64,000 nucleotides of DNA from Octopus sinensis. Lineage: Eukaryota. Both the position numbers and the translations under genes were made by a program. This document shows positions 26,515-39,696 of this stretch, piece after piece. Every line of letters begins with the position of its first letter. Positions within the stretch are counted from its first letter, which is position 1. The stretch is from positions 682,001-746,000 of the forward strand of contig NC_043010.1 in NCBI RefSeq assembly GCF_006345805.1. Direction: 5' to 3'. Under the pieces are notes generated by a model that ran no database searches, had not been told where the DNA came from, and saw only the letters and a program-made list of their open reading frames with translations.

Positions 26515-26557
<43 letters not shown>

Positions 26558-26565
<8 letters not shown>

Positions 26566-26764
26566 GAAAGGAGGTAATCAGAAGATCGGATGGTTCATAT
26601 TTACAGATATTTATTTATATATTACATTTTTTACATATATATATCATATCATTCAGATCAATGATCTGAATGATATGATATATATATGTAAAAAATGTAA
26701 TATATAAATAAATATCTGTAAATATGAACCATCCGATCTTCTGATTACCTCATTTCTTCTAATA
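26558..26764. repeat. Near-perfect palindrome, ~103-bp arms, 1-nt spacer
   Basis: Arms differ by one substitution and one indel; centre at 26662. Confidence 0.95.
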
Positions 26765-26793
26765 TATAATACCTGTACATCATCTCCAAACCT

Positions 26794-26829
<36 letters not shown>

Positions 26830-26831
<2 letters not shown>

Positions 26832-27120
26832 TATGCGCCCTTTCTGAGTCTAGCCAAGCTCATGGGCCCGGTTTCTCGGTTTCTGTGGTGTATGTGTCCC
26901 CCCCAGCTGGATGGGACGCCAGTCCATCGCAGCGTTACTCAAGAAACAGGAAGAGAGAGTGAGAGAAAGTTGGGGCGAAAGAGTACAACAGGGGTCGCTA
27001 CCATCCCCTGCCGGAGCCTCGTGGAGCTTTAGGTATTTTCGCTCAACAAACATAAACAACGCCCGGTCTGGGAATCGAAACCGTGATCCTCCGACCGCGA
27101 GTCCGCTGCCCTAACCACTG
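26830..27120 (-). mobile_element. SINE family B
   Basis: Family B head and core; tail gatggactggcgtcccatccagctgggg. Confidence 0.9.
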
Positions 27121-27186
27121 ATAGATAGCTACACAAACATACATATATATTTATATGCATATATGTGTGTATATGTATAGTATGTA

Positions 27187-27238
<52 letters not shown>

Positions 27239-27243
27239 ATATA

Positions 27244-27281
<38 letters not shown>

Positions 27282-27499
27282 TATACCCGCGCAACACACG
27301 CGCGCGTACACACACCACACATATATATTATCATAGACAACTTCGAGATTACGTGAAATAAATAATTCGATTTTGCTAGGGTCAACCCCGAAGCTGATAA
27401 GGCTACAAATAATAGAATGTAAATATATGGTTAAAAAACCTTGGATAGAAAAGGTAGAAGGCTGCCCCCGAGCTCGAATCCACATCTTATGCTATGATT

Positions 27500-27790
27500 G
27501 ATTGATTGATTGATTGATTCTAGTTTCAGCTTATGAGCTGTGGCCATGCTGGGGCACCGCCATTTGGTGTTGCCACTTGGTTTCACTTCATGAAGGCCTT
27601 CTAGCAACTGCCATTTGGTGCATGAGAGAGATCGATGCAGCTGTCCTCATCTGCCCCTCCTGCCGTGAAGTTGGTTCATCTGGGACACCTGACAGGAAGA
27701 GATCCAGCTTCATTTTAAAGACATCTGCATCCACCCCATGCAGGTCTCTCAGGTTCTTCGGGAGGATATTTGTTATAGCTTTATCTACTT
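27500..27790 (-). mobile_element. CR1/Jockey-group LINE 3' end with (ATCA)n tail
   Basis: NILPKNLRDLHGVDADVFKMKLDLFLSGVPDEP, then 3' UTR gcggtgccccagcatggccacagctcataagctgaaactaga. Confidence 0.85.
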
Positions 27791-27941
27791 CGAGTTTCAC
27801 CGTTCCAGTATATATATATATATTACGATAATTTCCGCGACCTAGTGATTCCCTGGCGAAAATCAGTCAATGTTTTTGACTACATTTTAGTTAAAGCTTT
27901 TGGCTTTATAAGGTCTGTCCAGATTTGCATCACTTACGCAT

Positions 27942-27988
27942 TTCCCATTGATAACGGCTAAGAAGCTTGAAACATCGATGTCTGGGAA
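27942..27988 (+). ncRNA. Type I hammerhead motif, U3-A8 core variant
   Basis: TTCCCA / TTGATAA / CGGCT-AAGA-AGCTT / GAA / ACATCGATGT / C / TGGGAA. Triplet GUC. Confidence 0.7.
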
Positions 27989-28185
27989 TCCTGACAGATG
28001 GCGATACTGAACAGATATGGCATTTTTACACCTTTTTACCATAAAGGAAAATTTTCTCCACGGTAGTTGCAGTGAATTTGTCTTTAGAAATCAAAATATG
28101 TCACAAACATATTTTGACTAACCTAAACTTGCATATATATAATATGTATATATATATATATTATATATGTATATATATATCTATA

Positions 28186-28231
<46 letters not shown>

Positions 28232-28260
28232 TACATATATATATATTATATATATAGTAT

Positions 28261-28292
<32 letters not shown>

Positions 28293-28296
28293 TATC

Positions 28297-28327
<31 letters not shown>

Positions 28328-28445
28328 GTGTGTGCGTGTGTGGTGTGTGTGTGTGTGGAGAGATAGAGAGGGGAGAAAGAGGAGGGGTAGGATGAGGATA
28401 GACATGCTGACTGAGAGACAGATAGACATTTAGATAGATAGATAA

Positions 28446-28512
<67 letters not shown>

Positions 28513-28552
28513 CAGGTAGATAGATAGATAGACAGGTAGATAGATAGATAAT

Positions 28553-28597
<45 letters not shown>

Positions 28598-29429
28598 GAG
28601 AGAGAGAGAGAGAGAGTGAGAGAGAGAGAGAGAGAGAGGGAGATGCCTAAGCCGCAAGCTTCAACCTGCTGCTGCCCATCAGAAGGTATCTAAAAAAAAG
28701 AATCAATCATTTCACTGCAGCAGTTGTCAAATGTGAAGCACATTAGTTGCTTCTTAATGCTGCCTCTACCTGAAAATTGCTGTAAAACATAAAGGTTCTT
28801 TAATATTGTGTTTTGTGATAGTGAAATATTGTAAACGTACGAAAATCGACACCCCAGAGTATCGCTACGAATGTCGTCACTCTTTTCCTTTACTAACCTC
28901 CATAAATATGAACCTCGTCCTAGTTCCTATAAGTGCGCGACCCTAAGTCTCTTAAAGAAACTTCAGACCACTGACCCACAATGCTGGTCGGCATCGACTT
29001 TTCTTTCCAAGTGTCAGATTGTAAGTTCGCTGGTTTCTCTTCGTTCATGCGTATTTCTGATACCATGTTGTGTTCTTATGGTGGTGATCACCTCGGTTTC
29101 TGTGGTGAACAAAGCTATCTCTATGACGTGGTCAGCGCATAGCGACACGGTCCTCCTCTTCTTATTGCTCCAGAAAAGCCTCAAAAGCCTAAACATAAAA
29201 TAATGATCCCGATACTTAATCTGACTACCGAACAGATATCCCTCAACCTCGAAGCGATACAGTCGTGTAAAACGGGACCGAAACCAGATGCCCCGAAGAC
29301 CAACAAGATATGCGATGGTTCATTCTATCGAGGGTTTGGGGTTGAATCAAAAGGATCAGGGACTATGGGTTGACATGATATTCTTTCTCCAAACTGATCC
29401 GTTTTTCGGATGAGTTTGTTATTTATTAT

Positions 29430-29660
29430 GATCAAGTTCTTTCTACTTCATATTCCATTTAGCAGTGTCTTAAAATTTCAGTCTAGGTCTTCGATGGTTT
29501 CTTTTTCCCCTTGGATAGTTGGGAGCAGAGGATTTATCTGGGAAGCCTCTTGTTGTCTATCATGTGTAGGTGACCCAACAAACGTAAATGTCTGTCAATG
29601 AGGATTTCCATCACAGAAAGCAGACCAGCACGCCGTAGGATTTTTTCGTTTCTGAACTTA
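29430..29660 (-). mobile_element. RTE-type LINE fragment
   Basis: KFRNEKILRRAGLLSVMEILIDRHLRLLGHLHMIDNKRLPR. Confidence 0.7.
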
Positions 29661-29717
29661 TACATACATACATACATACCTACATACATACATACATACA
29701 TACATACAACATACATA

Positions 29718-29768
<51 letters not shown>

Positions 29769-30898
29769 CATACATTTTTGAGAATCGACTCCTGATATCG
29801 ATTTATAAAAAGAAAACATAAAATGTGTTTAAACTATGAAAGGATCTTTTGTTCTGAATGTAGTGAATCACCTGTATTGAAAAAGATATATCCTAATCAG
29901 TATGAAGTTATTCAATTTTTTAATTAAAAATTGTAAAATGCTGGAATGAAATATCATACTTTTAAGAAAAGTAAACATCAGACCGTCTAAAACTATTTAT
30001 AGACGCGTGTTATATGAGAGAACAAAACATTTTGTAAATTCTGAGTTCATTAGCATCCAGATATGTTGAGAAAATGAAGTGGTGATGTGCGTTTCTGACT
30101 ACCCAAATAAATATGTTGCAAAAATTTACTTTTAAAAGTGTTTGCAGTAAGTCCAATATAGGTTTTTGTTTCATGGACCTTTATCTGCAAGAAATCTTTG
30201 TCTTATGTACTAATGCACATTCTTTTAAGGACTCAAATAATAACATTATTATGGATGTCGACATTGACGAGTGGTTGAGAAGTTTGCTCGGCAATCACAG
30301 TCCTGTCTTGTATACAAGTATTTGGTATCTTAAGCAAGTGACATTTACTACACCTCTGATTCGACCTAAGCCTTGCGAATCCCATTAAGAAGACGAGAAA
30401 TGTGTGAAAGCCCCTCGAATAGTTTTTGTTCATGAAGCCCTATCGCATTCTATTACATTAAAAGTACACGTCTGTGAAACTAAAAGTACAGTTATTTGTG
30501 CTTACACGTTAATTTAACGAACTGAACCCGCAACCTCGAAACCGACGGAGATCCCATTATGACCACAGTTAGAATTATTAGAACTACATAGCGGGGGAGA
30601 ATTTTGTGTTAATGTTAGTAAGATACCTTTTGTTTTTATAGAAGCTGGGAAATATCTAGTACAACTGATCAAAGATAAGGGAACCTAAGGCTAAACAACA
30701 CCAATCGCATCAACCTCACCAGTCCAGAATAGCCTATAGAGGATTTTGACCACTCACTCCATCCGGTGAGAAGGGCTTTCCTTTGATAATGATTCTAAAA
30801 TAACATTGAACAGGAAATGCACACGGACATACTAAACTTCATACAAAATTACACACACATTCATATAAACATAGTAATACATAAGATACATAACATAC

Positions 30899-30929
<31 letters not shown>

Positions 30930-31579
30930 TGTATGTATGTATGTATGTATGTATGTATGTATGTATTTATACATGTATGTATGTATAAACACACCTACAC
31001 ATAAGCACACATGTACTACCTCCCAACACCACGCTTAATCAATTGGACTTCATTAAAACTCCTGACCAACTTAATTACTCTTGGATATAAACAAATGGAC
31101 AGACACGTACCACTCACACACACATGCGCGCGCGCGAAAACACACACATACACAGACATACACTCTTACACACTCACATCTGCATATTTGCACAAGACAC
31201 GCACATACAGTTCTGCGCATATTTGCACACGGTGTACACTCGCCCACAAATACACTCGCAAATAACTGACTACTACTACTACTACTACTAACCCTACCAC
31301 CACCACCACCACCACCACTACCACCACTACCACTATAACTGCTGCTGCTACAACTACATGCTGGCACACATACACCGTTGTTAGTTTTGTGTTCTTTAAT
31401 TGGGTTTGTACAGGACGTGCATTTGTTGTGCGAGAATGATCTTGCATATAAAGTTGGAATCACGACTGAAAGATGTTGGCCGAAGACAATTAACATATTG
31501 AGAAGCCGAGGACCTCTATATGGTCATTGGGCTTGAGAGAAATAGCAGCCAAATCTCCCCCAAATGATAGCATTTTTAT

Positions 31580-31980
31580 CTTTGTACTTCTTTCCGTCAT
31601 TGAGATGCGGCCATACTGGAGCACGGACCCGGAGGATTTTAGTCCAACAAATTGACTCCAGTTCTTATTTTCTTTTTCAAGTCTGGTATTTTATCAGTCT
31701 GTTTTGGCCAACGCAAACTTACGAGGAAGTAAATAGACCAGCGTCGGTTGTCAAATGATGGGAGCCAGGCACAAAGACACGCACATTCATGTGCACGCGC
31801 GCATACACACATATGTATATACGTCAGGCTTCTTTCAGTTTCCGTCTATCAAGTCCACTCACGCACGGCTTTGATCATCTCGGGGCTATAGTAGGAGATA
31901 CTTGCCCTAACTACCACGCAGTGGGACTGGAACTATGTAACTGGGAAGCAAACTTCTTATCACAGAGCCAAGCCTGCCCC
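31580..31980 (-). mobile_element. SINE family A, degenerate full length
   Basis: Head, core and tail motifs on the minus strand. Confidence 0.8.
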
Positions 31981-31992
31981 TATAAGTGCGCT

Positions 31993-32097
31993 GCTTACAG
32001 CACCTTAGTTTACGAAGTGGTCACCAATAAACGTACTTACTAGGCTCGACGTTGCTTAACTTCGGTGATAGGATGAGAACGTGATATGGTCGTAAGC
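31993..32097 (-). pseudogene. 5S rRNA pseudogene (~12-nt internal deletion)
   Basis: Minus strand GCTTACGACCATATCACG..TCACCGAAGTTAAGCAACGTCGAGCC..GGTGCTGTAAGC. Confidence 0.85.
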
Positions 32098-32100
32098 ATA

Positions 32101-32492
32101 CTCTTTTACTCTTCTACTTGTTTCAGTCATTTGGCTGCGGCCATGCTGGAGCACGGCCTTTAGTCGAGCAAATCGACCCCAGGACTTATTCTTTGTACGC
32201 CTAGTACTTATTCTATCGGGTTCTTTTGCCGAACCGCTAAGTTATGGGGACGCAAACACACCAGTATCAGTTTTCAAGCGATGTTGGAGGGACAAACACA
32301 AACACACACATATATATATATACATATACGACGGGCTTCTTTCAGTTTCCGTCTACCAAAACCAGTCACAAGGCTTTGGTCCGCCCGAGGCTATAGTAGA
32401 AGGCATTTGCCCAAGGTGCCACGCAGTGGAACTGAACCCGGAACCACGTGGATGGAAAGCAGGCTACTTACCATACAGCCACTCCGGCGTCT
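32101..32492 (-). mobile_element. Full-length SINE family A
   Basis: Colinear with 9685-10128 in reverse. Confidence 0.9.
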
Positions 32493-33347
32493 AAGTATTT
32501 TTTTGTCGAATATTCGCATGATGGCTGAATTAAAAGAAACTCTCATTATTGAGACAGAGAAAGTAATTAAACAAATCTAATTGTCTTCAATGGACCATTT
32601 TACTAACGATAGTTCTTCTTTCAAAATGGCGAACAAAATTGCTCTTTAATATTTAAAGATCTTCTCAAAGCGATTATTGAAGACATCAAAGGAACATAGC
32701 TGTTCTCTCTTTGTCTTTCTACCACCTTCCCTTCCTCCCGCCCTCTCTCTCTCTTTCTCCTTTTCACTCTTCCTCACTATGACAAAGACAGATTTAAATT
32801 TTTTACACCTTTCGGTCATTGAACTGCGGCTGTGCCGGAGCACTGCATTCGCGTGTATTTGTGTGTGTGTGTGTGTGTGTGCATGCGTGTGCGTGTGTGT
32901 GCGCGCGTGTAAGTATGTGTGTGTACGTATGTATGCCTGTATGTGTATGTATGTGTATGCCTAATAACAGTTCTCTTCTCTGTGTGAATAATGATGGATT
33001 CTTTGTGTATATGTATGTGTGTGTGTGCGCGCACACACTCACACACACATAATGTTGACTGGCGGATAGAAGAGAACTCGATACCATAGTAGAAATTGAT
33101 AATATTGTCTTCAACTTTCAGCACAAGACCTGCAATTTTGAGGAAGGGCATCGAAGCCAGTGTTTAACTGGTACTTATTTTATTGACCTTGCGAAGCAGA
33201 GTTGACCTAAGCGGAATTTGAACTCAGAACGTAAAGCCAGACGAGTAGAGATTACTAATAATTGTAATTTGTCTGAAGATCGAGTGCGTACACTCACAGG
33301 TGGAACACAGAGTACCAAGATCCTGACTCGACCAAAATAAAAGTTTC

Positions 33348-34249
33348 ATTCATCTACCTTTGAAGCTCTGTTCAAAATGATGGAAATCTTGATACAGAAA
33401 TACAGCTGCGAATTCAAAGGGCAGCAAAAGCATTTGGTGCCTTGGAGTAACGCGTTTGGTGCCAGCGACATATAAATAAGAATACAAAGCTGGCTCTTTA
33501 CAAATCATTTGTCTTACCATCCCTGTTATATTCCTGTGAAACATGGACTTGTTATGAAAGGCATTTGAAATTATTAGAACAATTCCACCAAAAATGCCTT
33601 CTTTTACTCCAAACACAGATGTCCTTGTGTCTGCAGACATCTCCTCAATTAAAGCTATGATTCTGAGGAACCAAATGAAATGGTGTGGCCATATTGTCCG
33701 CATGCCGAAACAGCTGTTTTATGGTGAGCTTTCAGAGGGAGAACGCTACTGGCATAAACCTAAAATAAGGTTTAAGGACGGCATATGGACTACTATGGAG
33801 TCACTTGGAATGGATCCAGAAGACAGAAAGTGTGGAGCGGAGTGAAAGCGTTTGAAGAGGCCAGGATAACGCATTTAAGACTCAAAAGAGATCTAAGGAA
33901 GAATGTAACAATCGAGAAGGTGAATGATAATGACCTTTTTGTGTGCAGAGTCTGTAGCAGACCATGTCTGTCTTTTGCTGGCCTCAAATCTCATCTGCGA
34001 ACCCATGGAAAACAAACCTCCACCAACTATTCTGCCTATATGTTTGTGCACACCTTTGAAAGCAGTGTATGCCAGAAGGTTTGCAAATCCAACGGAGGCC
34101 TCAAAAGACATTTTAAGATCCACAAAGAGCAGAACATATCTGCAGCTCTTGGTGGTCCGAATTGGATATGCAATCTAAGTGGGTGTCTTTTCAGAACATT
34201 GTCTGGTTTAAAAAGCCACAGCAGATGCCATGATGGTGCTGAAGTGTAG
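33348..34249 (+). mobile_element. RTE-X-like LINE 3' part: RT thumb plus three C2H2-type zinc fingers (broken frames)
   Basis: KLALYKSFVLPSLLYSCETW, RNQMKWCGHIVRM, then CRVCSRPCLSFAGLKSHLRTH, SSVCQKVCKSNGGLKRHFKIH and CNLSGCLFRTLSGLKSHSRCH. Confidence 0.9.
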
Positions 34250-34304
34250 GTACAGGAGGTGGTCAAACTCTGAAATATAATGTAAAGGAGTAGACAACCA
34301 GCAT

Positions 34305-34336
<32 letters not shown>

Positions 34337-34554
34337 ACACACATACACACACACCACACACACGCACACATATCTGTATATATCTCTTTATATATATATA
34401 TATCTGTATAGATAAATTTGTTTGAAATTTTTACCGGCATCCTCTCTGTCGCCGGGTATAATTTTCGTCTGCGCAGAGGTTTGAAAAGTTAGGATTTACA
34501 AACCGTTAGATCTACATGTGGATCTAGCAGTCTGTGCGTCAGGATTATGAAGGC

Positions 34555-34628
34555 TGTCCCACTGAAGAAAGTTGCCTTCAGCAAATACTTTTTTGCTGGA
34601 AATAGTTAGAAACCGTCGGTCTGGGATA
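34555..34628 (+). ncRNA. Type I hammerhead ribozyme motif, copy 1
   Basis: TGTCCCA / CTGAAGA / helix II region with CAGCAAA-TTTGCTG hairpin / GAA / ACCG-T-CGGT / C / TGGGATA. Helix I has 7 bp and the triplet is GUC. Confidence 0.75.
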
Positions 34629-34832
34629 TAGTGGAGATGGTAAATGTTTTTAATTTTCATTCCTTTCGTGAATTTATCCCTTTTTTTTAGTTCTAGCACA
34701 ACGCTTTCCTATTTGGAAGCCTCTTATTGTATATCTGTATATCTAGATGCACATATAAACATACAAATGTGTATATATGTGCGTATGCATATATATTTAT
34801 ATGTATATATATATCAGTATATATGTATATAC

Positions 34833-34867
<35 letters not shown>

Positions 34868-35159
34868 TATATATATATAATATATATATATGTATATACA
34901 TACATATATACACACACACACACACACCACACACACACACACACACACATACACACACACACACACACGCACACATATCTGTATATATCTCTTTATATAT
35001 ATATATATCTGTATAGATAAATTTGTTTGAAATTTTTACCGGCATCCTCTCTGTCGCCGGGTATAATTTTCGTCTGCGCAGAGGTTTGAAAAGTTAGGAT
35101 TTACAAACCGTTAGATCTACATGTGGATCTAGCAGTCTGTGCGTCAGGATTATGAAGGC

Positions 35160-35233
35160 TGTCCCACTGAAGAAAGTTGCCTTCAGCAAATACTTTTTTG
35201 CTGGAAATAGTTAGAAACCGTCGGTCTGGGATA
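35160..35233 (+). ncRNA. Type I hammerhead ribozyme motif, copy 2
   Basis: Identical to 34555-34628. Confidence 0.7.
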
Positions 35234-35437
35234 TAGTGGAGATGGTAAATGTTTTTAATTTTCATTCCTTTCGTGAATTTATCCCTTTTTTTTAGTTCTA
35301 GCACAACGCTTTCCTATTTGGAAGCCTCTTATTGTATATCTGTATATCTAGATGCACATATAAACATACAAATGTGTATATATGTGCGTATGCATATATA
35401 TTTATATGTATATATATATCAGTATATATGTATATAC

Positions 35438-35503
<66 letters not shown>

Positions 35504-35514
35504 CATACATATAT

Positions 35515-35569
<55 letters not shown>

Positions 35570-36154
35570 CATATGTATATGTATGTATCTCTATATGTAT
35601 GTGTATGTATGCATATATATATATATGTATATATATATTATCTGGGTAATAAGCAACGTGCGTTTAAAAGCTCCTATTCGGTTTTTATGCTACATTATGC
35701 CATCATACAGCTGGGTTATTCCTTATGCTGGAGTTACTTGTGGAATTCCGTTAATGTATGCATAATTTATATAAAAATTTATAAACCAAGAAGATGGAAC
35801 AGAATTTAATTACAAATGACAACAATTGTTTCTGCGAAGTGGTAGCAGATGTTAGTTGCTGAGTTTTTCATTCATACTGTTACATAAATTATTTTGCAAA
35901 TAATTACATTAATAAATATGGTTCACCAACAGCTGTGTACCGGAACGTCCTCAGATGAGTTGCTTCTGAAATACTTCTGAGGTTTTCAAACAATATAAGA
36001 TTTGTCTTGGCGTAAGTTTATTTTACACATTTCAAGTAATGGATCCCAAAGTGCTCCAGTTTCCATAGTTCCACCGGTGTATTGGCAATTTCAATAGGAC
36101 TTCACACAATATTTTGAATTCTTGTTTGCTAAAGTCATCTGTATATATAGTTAA

Positions 36155-36387
36155 CCCTTTGCCTATGTTGTGTGTCACATGTGGCACACAGGATGTATTT
36201 CTCTGGCATCCATGCATCATATATGATACGCATTCCCATTTTTTTTCAACCCACAGAATAATTTGAAATTCGTGAAAGAAAAACTTTATATCACTCAGAA
36301 CAGATGAAGCAAAGCCTAACTAGAATCCTGAAAACAAGCATGGACGATTAGATCAAGCTTATGAAAATGCTTTGAACAAGAAAAGGG
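36155..36387. mobile_element. piggyBac-type MITE
   Basis: TTAA|cccttt ... aaaggg|TTAA. Confidence 0.55.
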
Positions 36388-36959
36388 TTAAGGTTTCTGT
36401 CTCACTGTTAATTATAGACTGGTCTATGATGCTTGGTGCCTGTCTAAGTCGGTTCTGAAAAGCGTTCCTTCTGTTTTTAAATTTTATTCTTTAGGATTAC
36501 TTGTGTTGAGTTTTCTCTATGATTTTTCTTTTCCCTGTTATTTTCCTATGCGAGAGACACCTGCTGCTTTCCTGAAGCACATTGCATAATATTTAATTCA
36601 TCCTGTGATAAACTTCAAGTTCTTGTTTACGGGGTTGTTTTGCACTTTAAAATGTTACTCTGTTGGGTTTCGTGAGTTTCTTATTTTCAACGTAGCTTCA
36701 TATATTTTCCTCAGTTCTTTTTCTAATTATCTCCTTATTTCCCCATCGGATACGGTTGCTTTTCCTTCCTACTTTTTTGGAACATTTCTACTGCTTTTCA
36801 TGTGCATTTATGACGGTATTATAAACGGAATTTGGTATTTTTATCACGATCCCCAAATTTATGATGCTTCGGAGCGATTTTTATATTAACCATATCTAAC
36901 GACCGCAACGTGGTAAGTTTTCTCCTGCTATAACTTATTCTAATTTTACTTTGATTTCT

Positions 36960-38047
36960 TATATACTCTCAAGTACAGTCTTTTTTTTTATTTCCGTAAA
37001 GGCAAGAAGGCTTTGTGAGGCTCACAAAGTGATATGTGAAGTTTATGGTGCTGATTGCTTAAAAGAACTACCTGCCAGAAATGGTTTTAAAAATTCCGTT
37101 CAGGAGATTTTCCACTCAAAGATGACCAACATTCTAGTCGACCTACTGAAATTGATGATAACCGAATCAAAGCCATAATTGAATCTGATTGTCATATAAC
37201 AGTGCGAGAGATTGCAGAGAGTTTAAATGTATCACACACAACAATTAAAAACCACTTAAACTGTCTTGGACTTGTTAAGTAGCTCGATATTTGGGTTCCA
37301 CATAAATTGAAAGAGATTCACGTAACACAACGAATCATTATTTGCAGTATGCATCTTAAACGCAATGAAACCGACCTTTTTTAATTTTACGAATCATCAC
37401 TGGTGAGGGAAAATGTATTGTCTACAATAACATCAATCAAAAACGATCATGGTCCAAGCGTAATGAACCAGCACAAACCACCTCGAAAGCTGAATTGCAT
37501 AAAAAATGGTCATGCTGTCAATTTGGTGGGATTACAAAAGTGTTGTATATTTTGAGCTACTTAGAAGAAACCAAACGATCAATTTAGATGTTTACTGTCA
37601 ACAACTAATGAAACTAGACGAAACAACCAAAGAGAAACGTCCAGAATTGGCAAATCGTAAAGGAATCATGTTCACCATGACAACGCTAGACCACACACGT
37701 CTTTGCTAACTCGTGAAAAATTATTGGAGCTTGGTTGGGAAGTGATGTCGGATCCACCATATAGCCCTGACCTTACAACATCAGCTTAGCATTTATTTCG
37801 AAGTTAGCAAAATGCTTTGAATGGTGAAACCTCCAATAGCGATGATGACCTGAAATTGCACATGCTTCAGTTTTTGGCTAAGGACCAGAAGTTCTATGAG
37901 CGCAGAATCATGAAGTTGCCATAGAGATGGCAAAAGGTAATCGAACAAAATGGAAAATATATAGCTGATTGAATTTCATTCTTTGTATGAAAAAAAATGA
38001 CTTTCATCTCACACTAAAAAACCGAAATTACATTCTTGATCTGACTA
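36960..38047 (+). mobile_element. Near full-length degenerate mariner transposase
   Basis: FYFRKGK..EAHKVICEVYG, WVPHKL, MLSIWWDYKSVVYFELL, HDNARPH and PPYSPDL recognisable across frameshifts and stops. Confidence 0.92.
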
Positions 38048-38181
38048 TATTTATATATATGTATATATTGAAATACACATACATACATGTATATACACAC
38101 ATATATATAAGTGCATATATCAATATATGTATACATATATGTATATATGTATATATGTATAAATATGTATATACTCACACA

Positions 38182-38276
<95 letters not shown>

Positions 38277-38454
38277 TATATACATATATGTATATCCATC
38301 TATCTCTATATATACATATACAAGTATATCTATATATGTATTATATATATATGTATATGTGTATGTATATATATATAAATATATATATATATATACATCT
38401 ATCTATCTATCTAACTGTACATACACACAAACATGTTTATCGGTTTTATTCTGG

Positions 38455-38786
38455 TTATATTTGTCCTATGGCCACTGCTTGACAACTGGTGTTGCTTTGT
38501 TTACGTCCTTATAACTTACCGGTTCTGGTAAATGAACCGATAAAATGAGTACCAGACTTTTAAAAATACTTAACTACTAGGAGTGGAGTCGATTTGTTCG
38601 ACTAAAATTGTTTTCAAGGCTGTGCCCCCCCCCTTATTTGACTGTATGGAAAGGGAATCTCTTTGTGATTTGCGTTAATGGTACCCGTGTCTGTGGAGTG
38701 TTCAGCTACTTGCACATTAATATCACGAGTGGGCTGTTTCGTTGATCAACTGGAACCCTCATCGCCGTAACCGACGGAGTGCCATA
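38455..38786 (+). mobile_element. Two SINE 3' fragments
   Basis: Family A tail followed by a ...ctggaaccctcatcgccgtaaccgacggagtgcc tail. Confidence 0.65.
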
Positions 38787-38809
38787 GGCACTTGGACTCA
38801 GGAGTCATC

Positions 38810-39055
38810 CAATAAACTGGTGATGGTGCGCTATTCTGTTGAGCGTTTTAGATATATCCATCATTTTGTTTCCATGTTTTGATGCTGAATACTAACATCG
38901 TCAAGGAAGACCCAATGTGCCTAGACAAGGAAGTTCGATGTTTCTAGATGAAAGAGGATTCGATGTTCCTGAATGCAGATTACCTCAGCACATTGCTCTT
39001 CTGCCCATCTAATGATATCCACTTTAGACAACAAACTCAGAGTTTCAACGGTAAA
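38810..39055 (-). mobile_element. LINE apurinic endonuclease N-terminal fragment
   Basis: FTVETLS...AEVICIQEHRI resembles the NVRTL / xQEHR motifs of RTE-type APE domains. Confidence 0.6.
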
Positions 39056-39062
39056 CGTTTAA

Positions 39063-39283
39063 CCCTTTAGCGTTTAAATCAGACATGTCTTGCCCCAATA
39101 TTCTACCTGTTTTATGTTCAAACCAGCCAGACCTTGCCCCTCACATCTACCGTACAGTGTCGCTATAAAAATAACCAATCTCCACCATTAAAATCTTGAA
39201 GCTATGAGATAATGCCTGATTAATTCAAAACAATGTAAATAAATATGTATTACATTTGACAGAATAATCTAAATGCTAAGGAG
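39063..39283. mobile_element. piggyBac-type MITE
   Basis: TTAA|ccctttagcgttta ... taaatgctaaggag|TTAA, imperfect 14-bp TIR. Confidence 0.7.
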
Positions 39284-39642
39284 TTAATGTTAAAATGTCA
39301 TTTTACATTTTAACAGCTTCTAGCAAGTCGTTTCAGTTTAGTCAAGTTGTATAAAGAGGAAAAAGTCTCTTGTATACTTACCCGCTTCGATCGTTTGAGA
39401 ATTGCCGTTTAGATTCTATTTGTTACTTCAAAATGACAGATGGTGGCAAAACCTGGAAGTCCCCACAATGTTCAACTACTTAGAATGTTTAATTCATTCC
39501 AGTGGAGTTAATAGAAATTGGTTATCATTTCCTATGGATTAGTGAGAAGATACCAGTTTATCACTCACCGTTTCCACCACAAGAGTCCTGCTTCGAGCTC
39601 CTTGAATTTTTAATCACTGAGGTTTACTCTTTAATCATGAGT

Positions 39643-39696
<54 letters not shown>

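Larger units (their letters stand above)
34362..35571. repeat. Tandem duplication, 605-bp unit
   Basis: Non-microsatellite parts appear identical at offset 605 (ORFs 34496-34699 and 35101-35304 are identical). Confidence 0.95.

Noticed and set aside
30255-30310. TTGACGA with a GTGGTTG/CAATCAC stem
   Set aside because: GAAA and helix III are missing.
30640-30770. Exon-like segment with acceptor and donor
   Set aside because: All three frames contain stops; no support as coding.
33266-33300. CTGAAGA followed by a GAGTG/CACTC hairpin
   Set aside because: No GAAA or helix III follows; at best a truncated half.
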